In this document: in pieces, positions 25,306 through 37,444 of the stretch
How the letters are laid out: the number at the start of each line of letters is the position of its first letter
Position numbering within the stretch: the stretch's first letter is position 1
DNA from: Octopus bimaculoides
Taxonomy: Eukaryota
DNA length: 64,000 nt
Assembly: GCF_001194135.2 (NCBI RefSeq)
Contig: NC_068998.1
Span: forward strand, 27,865,737-27,929,736
Direction of reading: 5' to 3'
Notes under the pieces: model-generated
What the model saw: the letters and a program-made list of their open reading frames with translations, nothing else
What the model was told of the DNA's origin: nothing
The model's database searches: none
Translations under genes and position numbers: made by a program

Positions 25306-27104
25306 AAATATATATATATATATGCACGCGCATACATACATACATCCATGCACACATATGTATATATATATATATATATATATATNNNNNNNNNNNNNNN
25401 NNNNNNNNNNNNNNNNNNNNNNNNNNNNNNNNNNNNNNNNNNNNNNNNNNNNNNNNNNNNNNNNNNNNNNNNNNNNNNNNNNNNNNNNNNNNNNNNNNNN
25501 NNNNNNNNNNNNNNNNNNNNNNNNNNNNNNNNNNNNNNNNNNNNNNNNNNNNNNNNNNNNNNNNNNNNNNNNNNNNNNNNNNNNNNNNNNNNNNNNNNNN
25601 NNNNNNNNNNNNNNNNNNNNNNNNNNNNNNNNNNNNNNNNNNNNNNNNNNNNNNNNNNNNNNNNNNNNNNNNNNNNNNNNNNNNNNNNNNNNNNNNNNNN
25701 NNNNNNNNNNNNNNNNNNNNNNNNNNNNNNNNNNNNNNNNNNNNNNNNNNNNNNNNNNNNNNNNNNNNNNNNNNNNNNNNNNNNNNNNNNNNNNNNNNNN
25801 NNNNNNNNNNNNNNNNNNNNNNNNNNNNNNNNNNNNNNNNNNNNNNNNNNNNNNNNNNNNNNNNNNNNNNNNNNNNNNNNNNNNNTTCTCTATTTGTGTG
25901 GTTTTATTTTTCTTTTCTGTAAAGGTGTGTGTTTTTTATTCTCTGTACCTGAGTACACAGGTGCGCATATACGCACACACACACGCACACACTCACACAC
26001 ATGCGCACACACACACGCACGCACACAGACGCGCGCGCACATGCACAAAACATACAGACGGCGGTGGAGGGAATGCAGTGGATGTAGAAGTGAAGTGATT
26101 CTATCGTCTCAGAAAAAGTACCCAATCTCTTCATAATTTACAGAATTTCTACATCAGTATCCCCACAGTATATTACACACAACGTAAAGGACCCACATTT
26201 ATCATTAACAGCAACAACAAAACTTTATCTTTGATACATACCTTGTAAATCCAAATGTCAAAAATGCGTGTACTCTCATCATTATTTCAAAGATTAAAAG
26301 AGGAATAATTCTAGTATTCTTGTTCGCCACCTCCATAGAATAGGCATTTTTATGTCGTTTAAAGTTGGCCGATGTTTCATTTGTCTGTTACAGCAGAAAT
26401 TCCTTCAGATCTAAAAAAAACTTTGAACAGTCGAGAAACCAAGTTGAAACTACCCATTCTAAAGAACCGAGTATGCCTCACACACACACATGCGCACATC
26501 CACATCTACACATACGCACAGACACTTCCACGTATTTANNNNNNNNNNNNNNNNNNNNNNNNNNNNNNNNNNNNNNNNNNNNNNNNNNNNNNNNNNNNNN
26601 NNNNNNNNNNNNNNNNNNNNNNNNNNNNNNNNNNNNNNNNNNNNNNNNNNNNNNNNNNNNNNNNNNNNNNNNNNNNNNNNNNNNNNNNNNNNNNNNNNNN
26701 NNNNNNNNNNNNNNNNNNNNNNNNNNNNNNNNNNNNNNNNNNATATATATATATATAAACAGTAAAAAGGTGGTCGAAAGAGGGTAGTTCTGAAGATAAG
26801 TATTATTATCAACTAATATGTATTATCGACTTAAATGCTCCCCCTTATGATAATAATTAATTGCAATTACTGTTGTATAAGTAAATCATGAACCCTTTGT
26901 TCCCGCCACATCTTAGTATTGTGTTCGTTCTCCGTTTGCTCGCAGCCTGACTAATCTGTCTTTCTATGTGCGATTGGTCATAAATCTAGATTTTTATTTT
27001 CTTTACCAACCATTACACTCCCTCTGTACCACGTACCCACCACTCGCCACCGAACATTACCATCACTACAAGTACAATGCTGAAATAATATACATGTGGC
27101 TTAC

Positions 27105-27143
<39 letters not shown>

Positions 27144-27579
27144 GAAAGTAATGAGAGAGAAAAAGAGGGAAACTGGAAGAGAGTGGAATAGATTTTGTCA
27201 ACTGATTTTTTTTTTTACTCATAACCGCCGGCATGTCGACACTAATGTTTATTTTTGGTGTATATTAACTTGTAATGTCAAGTTTCAAGGAGATTGTTCG
27301 CCAAGTATATTTCTATTTATTCACGAGTGTTTATTGATAAGTTTGAAGCAAATAACAAGTTAAAATAATCTTTCAAGAGATACTCCTTCCGTCCATTCCC
27401 AGATTTCTGCTTGATTCTGAAGTCACAAGAATATAGCTTATTACCCAAAACCCTACAAACCTGAAGCCCTAACATAGAAAGATTTTATTCAACATATTCT
27501 CTATGTCGTTTTAGAATTAGTTCAACACGTATATTAAATTCTATAGTATGGAAAAGAGAGGTACATAGACAAGCAGACT

Positions 27580-27855
<276 letters not shown>

Positions 27856-28254
27856 AAAGGTGAATGAAGAAATAATGAAAATTGTCGCTTGCTGAGTCTA
27901 TGTAAGAGCATCAAAGTCTGTAAGAATCCTGCTGCCGTCTCACCTACACAACTAACTCTGACATTTGCCAACATTCTGAAGCAAAAATTTCGAAACTATG
28001 TTCCAAAGTGATATAAAAAGATAACGAAGGGCAATTCACAGTTTGTATTTCACGTGAGCACATTGAATGACGTGACGGGTTGCGCATGTCAGCCTCCGCT
28101 AAATTGTGTCTACCCTGAACAGTGTCACATATTATCATTATCTCAAATGACGCTGGTGCTTACTATCAGGGAAGATTTAACAAGTAAAAATAGCAAAAAA
28201 TAATGGTAAATATTTTCAAGTGGTCTTTTCCTCAATTATGCCTTATCCCCCCCT

Positions 28255-28302
28255 TCTCTCATTCTCTCCCTTTCTCTCTTTCTCTCCTTGTCTTTCTTTA
28301 TT

Positions 28303-28348
<46 letters not shown>

Positions 28349-28477
28349 GTTCTCCTTTGTTTCTCAATCATTTCTTCTTTATTATCTCCCCCCCACCACC
28401 ACCATCTCCACATCTCGTACAATATTTTCCAGCTCTTTCCTTTTTTTTTCGTGTTTTCTTTCTTCGTTCTTCTTATG

Positions 28478-28547
<70 letters not shown>

Positions 28548-28595
28548 CCCTCTTTTTTTCTCTCACTCTCTACTTCTTTCCAAGTTTCTTTCTCT
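28255..28595. repeat. (CT)n / polypyrimidine low-complexity tract
   Basis: Direct reading. Confidence 0.9.
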
Positions 28596-28650
28596 CTATA
28601 GATTGTCACAATGTGTAAACTTAATAGAACTAACCATGAGATCTGTCAAG

Positions 28651-28681
<31 letters not shown>

Positions 28682-28974
28682 GAAATACGTTTATTGAAGA
28701 GAAATTTCCGCCTAAAATCATTTCCCTTCGACAGCTCAAAGAGGGACCCTCATTGCTTCCTCTGTCGAATCATCTTTCTCTCGTTACATCATCTCGTTTC
28801 CATCACACTTTAATAATTATTTGAAGAGAATCGTTCCTGTCCTCTTCAGGCAGCGGTAGCGTAGCTGTGAGGGCGGAGACGATGAGGGCGTTCCAACCCT
28901 GGCGGTACATACTCAAACTACGCCACAGTATGGGGTTGCTGTGTGTGTGTGTGTGTGTCTTTTATCTGTTATTT

Positions 28975-29165
28975 GTTTCGGTTATTAGACTGTAGCCATG
29001 CTGGAGCATGGCCTCGAAGAATTTTTAGTCGAACGAATCGACCTCAGTAATATTTGTAAGTCAGATATTTATTTTATCGATCACTTTGCCCAACAGCTAG
29101 TTTATGGAAGCATAAACACACCAACACCGGTTGTCAAGCGGTGGTGGTGAGACAAACACACACAC
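28975..29165 (-). mobile_element. SINE 3' half (GT-containing family)
   Basis: CATGCTGGAGC..AATCGACC..AAACACACCAACACCGGTTGTCAAGCGG is the reverse complement of the SINE tail at 54758-54955. Confidence 0.8.
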
Positions 29166-29624
29166 ACACACATACATTTATATATATAGTAAATAATATA
29201 TAGTAAATATCAGACCGCCCTGCACACACAAGCACTGACCACTTCCCAGCATCCACACCATCATCCACACACGCACACATTACAGACGCACATACACACG
29301 CACACATTCACACGTCAAAGTCACTAGTCCCTATCCACACGCACACACTTACACACATACACACGCACGCTCACCTTCGTTTTGGGATCACCAGTACTTT
29401 ACTATCTCCCCTTCTTCCAGGCTCTCCTGTCTAATTACCTTTGTCCAGCCAGCCGCCATGATTGACCGCTAGCTCCAAAAGTTTTTTATTTTCTCTCNNN
29501 NNNNNNNNNNNNNNNNNNNNNNNNNNNNNNNNNNNNNNNNNNNNNNNNNNNNNNNNNNNNNNNNNNNNNNNNNNNNNNNNNNNNNNNNNNNNNNNNNNNN
29601 NNNNNNNNNNNNNNNNNNNNNNNN

Positions 29625-29656
29625 CTGTTGAAGAGCGTAGGCTCGAAACGTAAAAT
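29625..29656 (+). ncRNA. Minimal type I hammerhead variant (CUGUUGA core)
   Basis: CTGTTGA-A-GAGC-gtag-GCTC-GAAA-CGT-A; the 5' strand of stem I falls in the N-gap. Confidence 0.6.
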
Positions 29657-29790
29657 ACTTTCTCACCTTCCCGAGCGTTAAACTAATACACCTGTTTGTT
29701 GTTTATACACCTATCTTCGTCTTTTGTTTTTCTGTAAATTTCAACTATATACATATATATATATACATAAACACGCGCGCGCGCGCACAC

Positions 29791-29832
<42 letters not shown>

Positions 29833-30628
29833 TTTCTATCCCGTTTTCTTTCCGACTTTCCTCCTCAGTACCTGCAACCTGCTAAAAACTCTTTCACTTG
29901 CTTTTAAAAAAAAACTCGCCACTCTAGTCATCTTTCTTTCCTAAGCCTCCGTCATCACGTCACACACCGTGGCTACCGCTTGAAGTTCCACGCTACCCTT
30001 ATTCCTCTCCCTCCATCGAGCCCACTCTCCCCCGCACTTCCCACCTCCTCATCCGTGCCACTATCCGTTCCACCCGCTCCCGCCTTCACTCCCTCGATCA
30101 TCAACTCCTGCAAACTTACCTCCTCCTTTCCACCCTCTGCCCTCCACCCTTCACCCAACCTATTCTCCGCTTTCTTCTCGATCTCAACCACCAATTCTAT
30201 AATTTCCTCACACACACAAAAAAAAACTCCACCGCCTCCTCAACCCTTCACCCCTCCCATACACACACGTACACACACACACTCCCACACGTACACACAC
30301 AGATACATGCACACACTACACACAAAACACACACACCTTATACATACACGAGCACACATACATATACACGTGCTTCAAACTGCTAGTCAAACACCTTTCT
30401 ACTGACCATTCCTCAACGCACGTGTGAAGAAGCACACAACTACACAATGGACCACCACTCCTGTCACCAGAGACTTGTGCGCACGCGCATACCCACACAT
30501 ACACACACATACTTCCTTCTCTTGCACTCTCCTGTCTTAGAAAGAACTTTTTCTTCACCCATTCCCTTCCGGTCATTTCAAAATGTAACTACATGTGAAT
30601 CGTTGGCGATTTTTTCCCTCCGTCTTCC

Positions 30629-30664
30629 TTTTCTGAAGAAGAGCCTTTGCTCGAAACGTAAAAC
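30629..30664 (+). ncRNA. Minimal type I hammerhead ribozyme with intact core and palindromic stem III
   Basis: ttt-CTGAAGA(30633-39)-A-GAGC-cttt-GCTC-GAAA-CGT-A(30660)-aaa; predicted cleavage after A30660. Confidence 0.75.
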
Positions 30665-30770
30665 ACCTTTCTTACCTTCCTTGAGCTAATATTTTACATG
30701 CATGTACCACGTCCACGAGTTGTTGTTTTTTTGTGTTTGTTCTTCGTTTTTTTTTGGGGGGGGGGATTTA

Positions 30771-30814
<44 letters not shown>

Positions 30815-31491
30815 GTATATATATATATATATATATATATCGCCTAGGCATAGCGTTACCTGGTGTTAGAACTCAATATATATAGCTCCGACAAAGCTGT
30901 TAGGTGATACACAGGCACTCAACAATGAATATACAGCATCTTATAGCAGAAACAGTTGTATGCTAATGAAATTCATTGCATAATTTCTTGTTCCCTTATC
31001 ATTTACATAATCTCATATGTGTATATATGTATGCATGTGCGTAAGATGCGCTTTCGTACAATTTTCATCTACCAAGTTTCATTCACAAAGCATTGGTCGT
31101 CGGACCGAAATTAAAGTACAAGAGACTTGCCCAAGTTTGTTGTTGACTCAGGACGAAAAGAGCCAGAACAAATACCGCAAAGGATTTTTTCAACGATCTA
31201 ACAATTCTGCCGGCTCGTCGTTCTTCCAGGAATCAGTCAACGAAGAAATTACTATATCAGTGATTTCCAGCCTTTTCTAACCCTCTGACTCTTGATTACA
31301 TTTTTGCACTCCCTGCAAAAACTAATAATTCACATTTAAATTAAAGAACATTCAGTACAACGGTATGATAAAATTATTGGTGTGCTTAATAAAATAAAGT
31401 CATTTTTCAGATTTAGGTTGTAACTGTATTCTGAAAACGGGCTTTAATAATGAATATTCTTTCCCGTTTTATTTTTTTCTCTTTTTCGCAG

Positions 31492-31581
31492 TCTCTGAAA
31501 TGCCGTCTCACATGCCTGAACTGCGGGCATGCCTGGTTTCGAGCCCCTGCTCTACATGCACACTCGATCTTCAAGAAATAG
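31492..31581 (+). other. Candidate host exon (CxxC zinc-ribbon-like peptide)
   Basis: Strong acceptor ttttatttttttctctttttcgcag|; phase 0 gives SLKCRLTCLNCGHAWFRAPALHAHSIFKK*. An alternative 117-nt phase-1 exon runs to AAG|gtaaag at 31608. Confidence 0.35.
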
Positions 31582-31708
31582 CACCCAAATCTTCCAGAGT
31601 TTCCAAAGGTAAAGACTCATTGGATAATGTAGTTCTAAATACTACTATGCCTAAAAAGAGAAAGTAGTGAACACTTATTCTTGGATGACTCGTGGACTAA
31701 ACACAGCT

Positions 31709-31748
31709 GCTACTATTTCTACTACTACTACTTCAACTACTACTACTG

Positions 31749-31793
<45 letters not shown>

Positions 31794-31920
31794 TTACTAC
31801 TACTACTACTACCATCACCACCACCATCACCACCACCATCACTACCACCATCACCACCACCATCACCACCACCATCACCACCACCATCACCACCACCACC
31901 TCCACCCTACTACTGCCACT
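31709..31920. repeat. (CTA)n grading into a 12-bp higher-order (CATCACCACCAC)n array
   Basis: Direct reading; source of the spurious poly-T/H/Y/V ORFs. Confidence 0.95.
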
Positions 31921-33611
31921 ACCTTTAACTTAACTTTGTTCTTTGTCTTTTCTAAAGCCCTCATAAGAACGCTTTTATTTCGAAGTACAAGTTTCAAGCA
32001 CTCATCTCCCCCTCTTTCTCTTTCCTCCTCTCTCGCTTTCTTCTTTTCCTTCCCCTCTCTCCTTCCCCTCTCTCATCTCTTTCTCTCTCTCTCTCTCTTA
32101 AATCTATCTCTGTCTTTCTATTCCAGACTTTGTATTAAACACTTGCCCTGCCTTCACCTTGTGGATGCTCCTCTTTTCTCTTGATGTTCTTCATAACACT
32201 ACTCACAACAATCCAATTGAAATACCAACTGTTCTAACCTTACTTCCATGCTCTCTTCCCAATCACTCAATGTTACTCCATGGACGCTGTACTTATCTTT
32301 CAGACTTACTAAACAACATTTTACACAAGCAATAACTTCTCTGTCTTTCGTAGACTGCTGCACTATTTAATCCTTTATTGTTTCATAGTAAATAGATGAA
32401 TAAATAATCTCATAAGAGTCAGACGTTTAACTCGAACTCACTTACTTTGTATCAGAGCAGAATGTATTACACTTGTGTGGGTGTAGGTTAATGAGAACGT
32501 GTAAGTTTGTAGGGTAGATAGCAAATATAGAACTAGTGGAAGTATCTTCTCAAAGAGCAGAATGTAATAAGCGAAGGACAAATGAGGAAGTCGACATTAC
32601 ACACACACATGTGTGTGTGTAATGTGCATACACATGCACACGCTAATGCAGACATGCATTTACATTCGTATACACTCGTTTTTTTTTTCTTTCCTCTATT
32701 CTTTTTTCATTTTCTTTCTTCCTGTATCTTTCTCCCACACTCTCTTCTTCACCTTTTTTCCAATTTCGAAATTTAAAATTATCCATTTCCTGATAATTTT
32801 ACAACGAAAAGATTTTAATGAGTAAGTTCTACAGCACGAAGCATGTGAGAAGCTTGTTTCAGAAACTAGTTCATTTTTGTCTTGGTATAATTGAAAGAAA
32901 GGCATAAATTTTAGAAAACTTAAAGCGTTTCTCTTTAAATATGATATTTAAATGTTACAGATTTAGGGTGATGGCCCTTTCAGAATTATACTGAAATCAC
33001 TTATAAAACGACGGAAAGTTCAAACTGAAAATGGTTAGTAGCTTCAATTTCAAAAGCAATGAATGACATATACCAAAAAAGATAAATCGTGTATTTTAAT
33101 TGATATCTATTGTACAATACTTGAAAGCTGTTGATGGACGAGCACTCAAACAGTCTAGAAACGGCCAGACGGTCGAAAAGCAGTCTAACAATAGAAAAGC
33201 AGTTCGACGAGAAGAAATAGTCCGACTTTGAGAATCAGTCAAACTCTGAGATGCAGTTTGACATTTGAGGAGACAGACAGTCGAAATTAAAATAAAATGG
33301 ACGGTCTTATCAATTTTGATAGAAAGGAATCCCAGCCACCACGCATTGTCAGTTCACTAAAAGATAATTGTGATCACCTCGTATCATTTTTCATGAAGAC
33401 AATGATCAGAGGAACGAAGAGAACCAAATGTATACATGCGCGCGTGCACAAACACACACACACCCATATGTACGTACATATATACACGCATACACGCATA
33501 CATACATACATACATACATACATACATACATACATACATACATACAGGCAGGCAGATATACTGAATTGCGGCTGTTAAGGAAAAAAAAAGGTTTAAGCAG
33601 AAACTTTTACC

Positions 33612-34022
33612 ATATTGTTAGGTTTGGGGATGGTCATCCTTTGCCAATTAAACACACGCACTATTTATTTGATCTTCAATTTAATTTAATTAGTATTATT
33701 ATTTTTTGTCAGTTTATTTGTTCGTCAAATTCTTTTTTCTGTCCCATGCTCTTGTCCTGTCTATTTCATTTTGTCGAAGGACAAAATGGAAAGGGAGAAC
33801 AAGAGGAGACACATGGGACAGAGAGTCGTTGAAGAGGTCGCAGAAAGTGTGACGAAACAACTTTGACAGACAAATAATCTAACGATAACACTAATAAAAC
33901 TAAAGTGAAGATCAAATAAATAGTGCACGTGTTTAACTGGCAAAAGATGATCAACCCCAAGTATAATATCTGTTTCAACACACGTTTGCACATCAAATAT
34001 CTTGCAAAACAAATACATAAAC
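33612..34022. mobile_element. Fold-back non-autonomous element; related copy at 50051-50344
   Basis: Arms 33612-33775 and 33780-33969 are inverted, centred on CATTTTGTC-gaag-GACAAAATG; asymmetric extension of about 50 nt is shared with the 50 kb copy. Confidence 0.85.
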
Positions 34023-34328
34023 ATAATTTTTCTACAAACTTTTCAATTTGTAAATTCGGAAAGAGAAACATCATCAGATCCTATTGCGGGGAAAATGAAT
34101 AAATCCACCGTGCATTGTCTCTGTTTATGTCTGTCAAACGTCAGCGAGTCCATTCATGCATTTATTAACATTCTAATTGGAAAGATTGAAGTCATGAGAA
34201 TGGCATTGCAGTGAGGTGCGCCAGAAAACGCACTACGTATTTGTATTGGGAATTCGTTTATTTTATTCATAGTATAAATAAAACATAGATTAAATATGAA
34301 TCTAGAGCTGAATATTAAATGTTATTAC

Positions 34329-34409
34329 AAAAAGTAAATGAACAAGAAATGGTTATTTTTGTCTCCCCTCACAAAGATAAAACGGATTGGCAAATCAATG
34401 TGTGTGTGC

Positions 34410-34447
<38 letters not shown>

Positions 34448-34563
34448 GTGCGTGTGTGCGTAATTGCGTGCGCGACCTTACGGAATTGAAAAAAGTAAAT
34501 GAACAAGAAATAGTTTTTTTCTCTCCCTTCACAAAGATAAAACGGATTGGCAAATCAATATGT

Positions 34564-34642
<79 letters not shown>

Positions 34643-34697
34643 TGTGTGTTTGTGTGTGTGTGTGCGCGCGCGCGCGCGCGACCTTATAGAATTGAAA
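34329..34697 (+). repeat. Tandem duplication of a unit containing (GT)n
   Basis: AAAAGTAAATGAACAAGAAAT..CACAAAGATAAAACGGATTGGCAAATCAAT(GT)n..GCGCGACCTTA..GAATTGAAAA occurs twice. Confidence 0.9.
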
Positions 34698-34699
34698 AG

Positions 34700-35445
34700 A
34701 TGCAACACTTCATCCACCACATGCAGTTCTCTGGCTACAACCAAAAGGGACAGGAATAGAGTGTACAAAGGAGCCACCGCTAAGTACAAGGCCATCATAG
34801 AGAGTGATGCAAAGGGGATCTGCCCGCTATACAGGAGTAAATCATGGAACAGCGCAAGAAAGACCAGAAAAAAGATAGTTATGGCCAACTCATGGTATGA
34901 CAGCAAAAAATATCAGTGTCATGTTTGTTGATGCTATCCCTGGCAGTGAACTAGCATACTTTTTTTTAGAAAAACATTAGATAAGGCCAATCTACAGATT
35001 AAAGAAGTAGAAAGGTCTGGTGCTCCTATAAAATCCCTGATCTGTAGAACTTCGATAGGTCCCCATGTACGGAGAACAATTGTATTGTTTGTAGGATGAA
35101 CCCACAGGTTAACTGTAAGGATAGGAATATGAGTGTATACCTTACGATGTACTGAGGGACGGTGCAGAAGCATGACAACTACTTACATTACAGAAACTGC
35201 ACACAGCATAGGACAACGTTTAGGTGAACACTGGCCAGAGCACAAAGAAGAGAAAGGCTCGTCAGTGCTCTACCAACATACTCAAGCAGAACATAGAGAC
35301 TCAGTCTATAGCATAGAGGCCAAAGTACTATCAACGCATAGAACTGACACGACACTTAGACAAATCACAGAGACTATACACATAGCAATAGACAGACCGA
35401 GCCTCAACAGAAAACACGAATGGAACAATAACACCCATCATCACA
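34700..35445 (+). mobile_element. Penelope-like element 3' part with GIY-YIG endonuclease remnant
   Basis: KGICPLYRSKSW..SWY, SVMFVDAIPGSELA, then YTLRC..C..TYITETAHSIGQRLGEH..SVLYQH..LRQITETIHI..PSLNRKHEW. Confidence 0.8.
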
Positions 35446-35474
35446 CCACACAACATGACGACTAAAGACTAAAG

Positions 35475-37420
35475 AGTGAAAGGAGAAAATGATAAGAGCT
35501 CATCCAAAAAAGAGAGTGCCTACAAGAAATGCAGAGGCGAGGTCCAATGTGTTCTGAGACAGATGAAGGAGGCTTGGTGGTCTTCGAAGCCTACTGAACG
35601 CCAAAAACTGCAGACAGAAAGGATTCTAAAACCTTTTATGATGGCCTCAAGAAAGTGTATGGTCCTCAAGAGCACGGTGTTACTCTGATTTTTTCATCGA
35701 ATAGAGAGACACTGTTGACTGACAAATCTGACATCCTGAAACGATGGAAAGATCACTTCGAAGCCGTGTTGAACTCCACCTCAGTCACTAATGATGATGT
35801 CAAAATATCTATTCCACAGCACGCTGAAATACCAGAACTGTCTCTGGAGCCAACCTTCCTGGAAGAAGTAAACTCTATTAAACAGATCTATTATGGTAAA
35901 GCGCCTGGTAGGGATGCTGGCCCTCCTGAAATCTACAAGTATGGTGGGCAGAAGTTTTTTAAGAAGCTGCATAACCTCTTCATAAACATTTAGATGGTAC
36001 CACAGGACTTCAAGGATGCCTCAATTCAACATCTTTATAAGAACAAAGGAAACAGAAGTGTCTGTGATAATCATTGTGAAATATCGCTTCTGTCTATTGC
36101 TGATGAGATTCTTGCTCGACTCGTTCTTCACAGGATCATCAAACACGTTGTAAATGGTATCTACCCAGAATCACAGTGTGGATTTTGCTCTGGTCGTGGC
36201 ACTATCGACATGATCTTTTCCCTCCGACAGGTCATGGAGAAGGTACGTGAGAAAAATCATGAGTTGTTCTTGATATTTGTTGACTTTGCTAAGGCCTTTC
36301 ACAGTGTTAACTGGCAAACACTATGGAGAGGTCTGAAAAAGCTCGGTGTACCTGACAGGATGTTGAATATTATCATCTCCTTTCATGAGGGAATGAAGGC
36401 TGGTGTCGTGTCCGGTGGGGAATCTTCGGCTTCCTTCGATATTACAAACAGCACTAAGCAAGGTTGTGTTATGGTCTGTTTGCACTCTTCTTTTCAGTAA
36501 TGCTGAAGTATGCTTTTGGTGACATACAAAGTGGTGTCAAATTCCAGTTTCGAACAAGTGGTGGACTATTCAATCATCAGCGTTTCAAAGCCAGAACTCT
36601 GTTACGCACCAGTATCATTCGTGATCTACTTTTTGCAGACGACGCTGCACTAGTAGCGACCTCTTTAGAGAAAACTCAGGAACTTTTAGACCGGTTTTCT
36701 GTTGCATGTAAACCTTTGGTTTGACCATCAGCATAAAGAAGACGGAAGTAATCCACCAAACTTGCCCTACTCCTAAGCAAATTTGAGGTATCCAGCAGAG
36801 GCAACCGGTTCACAATTTTCCTGATACTCCTACACAGATTGATGGGAAAAGCCAAAATTATGTGAAATCATTTACATATTTTGGTAGTAAAGTGAATTCG
36901 AGCGCTTCCCTTGATGAAATCGCCAACCGTCGTGCAAAGGCAGCCAACGCATTTGGCAAAATCTGTCATCGCCTTTGGAATGAAATGAATCAAACTTGAA
37001 TCGTGGATATCCTATAGATGACATATTAACCAACTAGACATCTTCTACAAAGACTTTCTGAAGACAATCTGCGGTTATTCTCCAAAAGACAGAGTTTTTA
37101 ATGCCGACTTGTTTTATAAGTGTAAGATTGGTGGAATCGAGAGCTTCCTTATGCAATCACAATTGCTCTGGGCTGGCCATGTCGTCAGAATGAGTGACGA
37201 AAGAATACTCAAAGTCCTCATGTACAGCCAGCTTGAGAGTGGGCACAGGAAGATTGGTCGACCATGGCTCAGATATAAGGACAAGCTGAAGACTAACCAC
37301 TTAGAAATGAAGATAGCTCACAACACCTTTGAGCGAACAGCCTTGGAACGAACAAAATGGAGATCGTTGTGTCAAAATGGTATTAGAAGCTTCGTTACAA
37401 CCAACATTAACAGGCTTTAC
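35475..37420 (+). mobile_element. RTE (BovB-like) LINE, RT and 3' region
   Basis: VPQDFKDASIQHLYKNKG..PESQCGF..RGTIDMIFSLRQVMEK..FVDFAKAF, KQGCV, RDLLFADDAAL, QLLWAGHVVRMSDERI. Confidence 0.92.
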
Positions 37421-37444
37421 GAATACTCTGAGACCTTTGGAAGC

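Larger units (their letters stand above)
29225..30700 (+). mobile_element. Internally deleted Penelope-like element with two pseudo-LTR-like ends
   Basis: ORF N-terminus remnant SHLSFL..LRHHV..RGYRLKFH..LLIRATIRSTRSRL..LNHQFYNFL.HTK (about 29885-30225), which I recognise as Penelope-like. Hammerhead motif in both flanks; shared GCTCGAAACGTAAAA.AC.TT.CT.ACCTTCC..GAGC. Confidence 0.7.

Noticed and set aside
28045-28095. CACGTG, TGACGT and TGCGCATG motif cluster
   Set aside because: Short motifs with no independent support.
28700-28925. Small hairpin (TTCGACAG..CTGTCGAA) and GC-rich exon-like snippet
   Set aside because: Too bulged for a pre-miRNA; the reading frames are uninformative and splice sites inconsistent.
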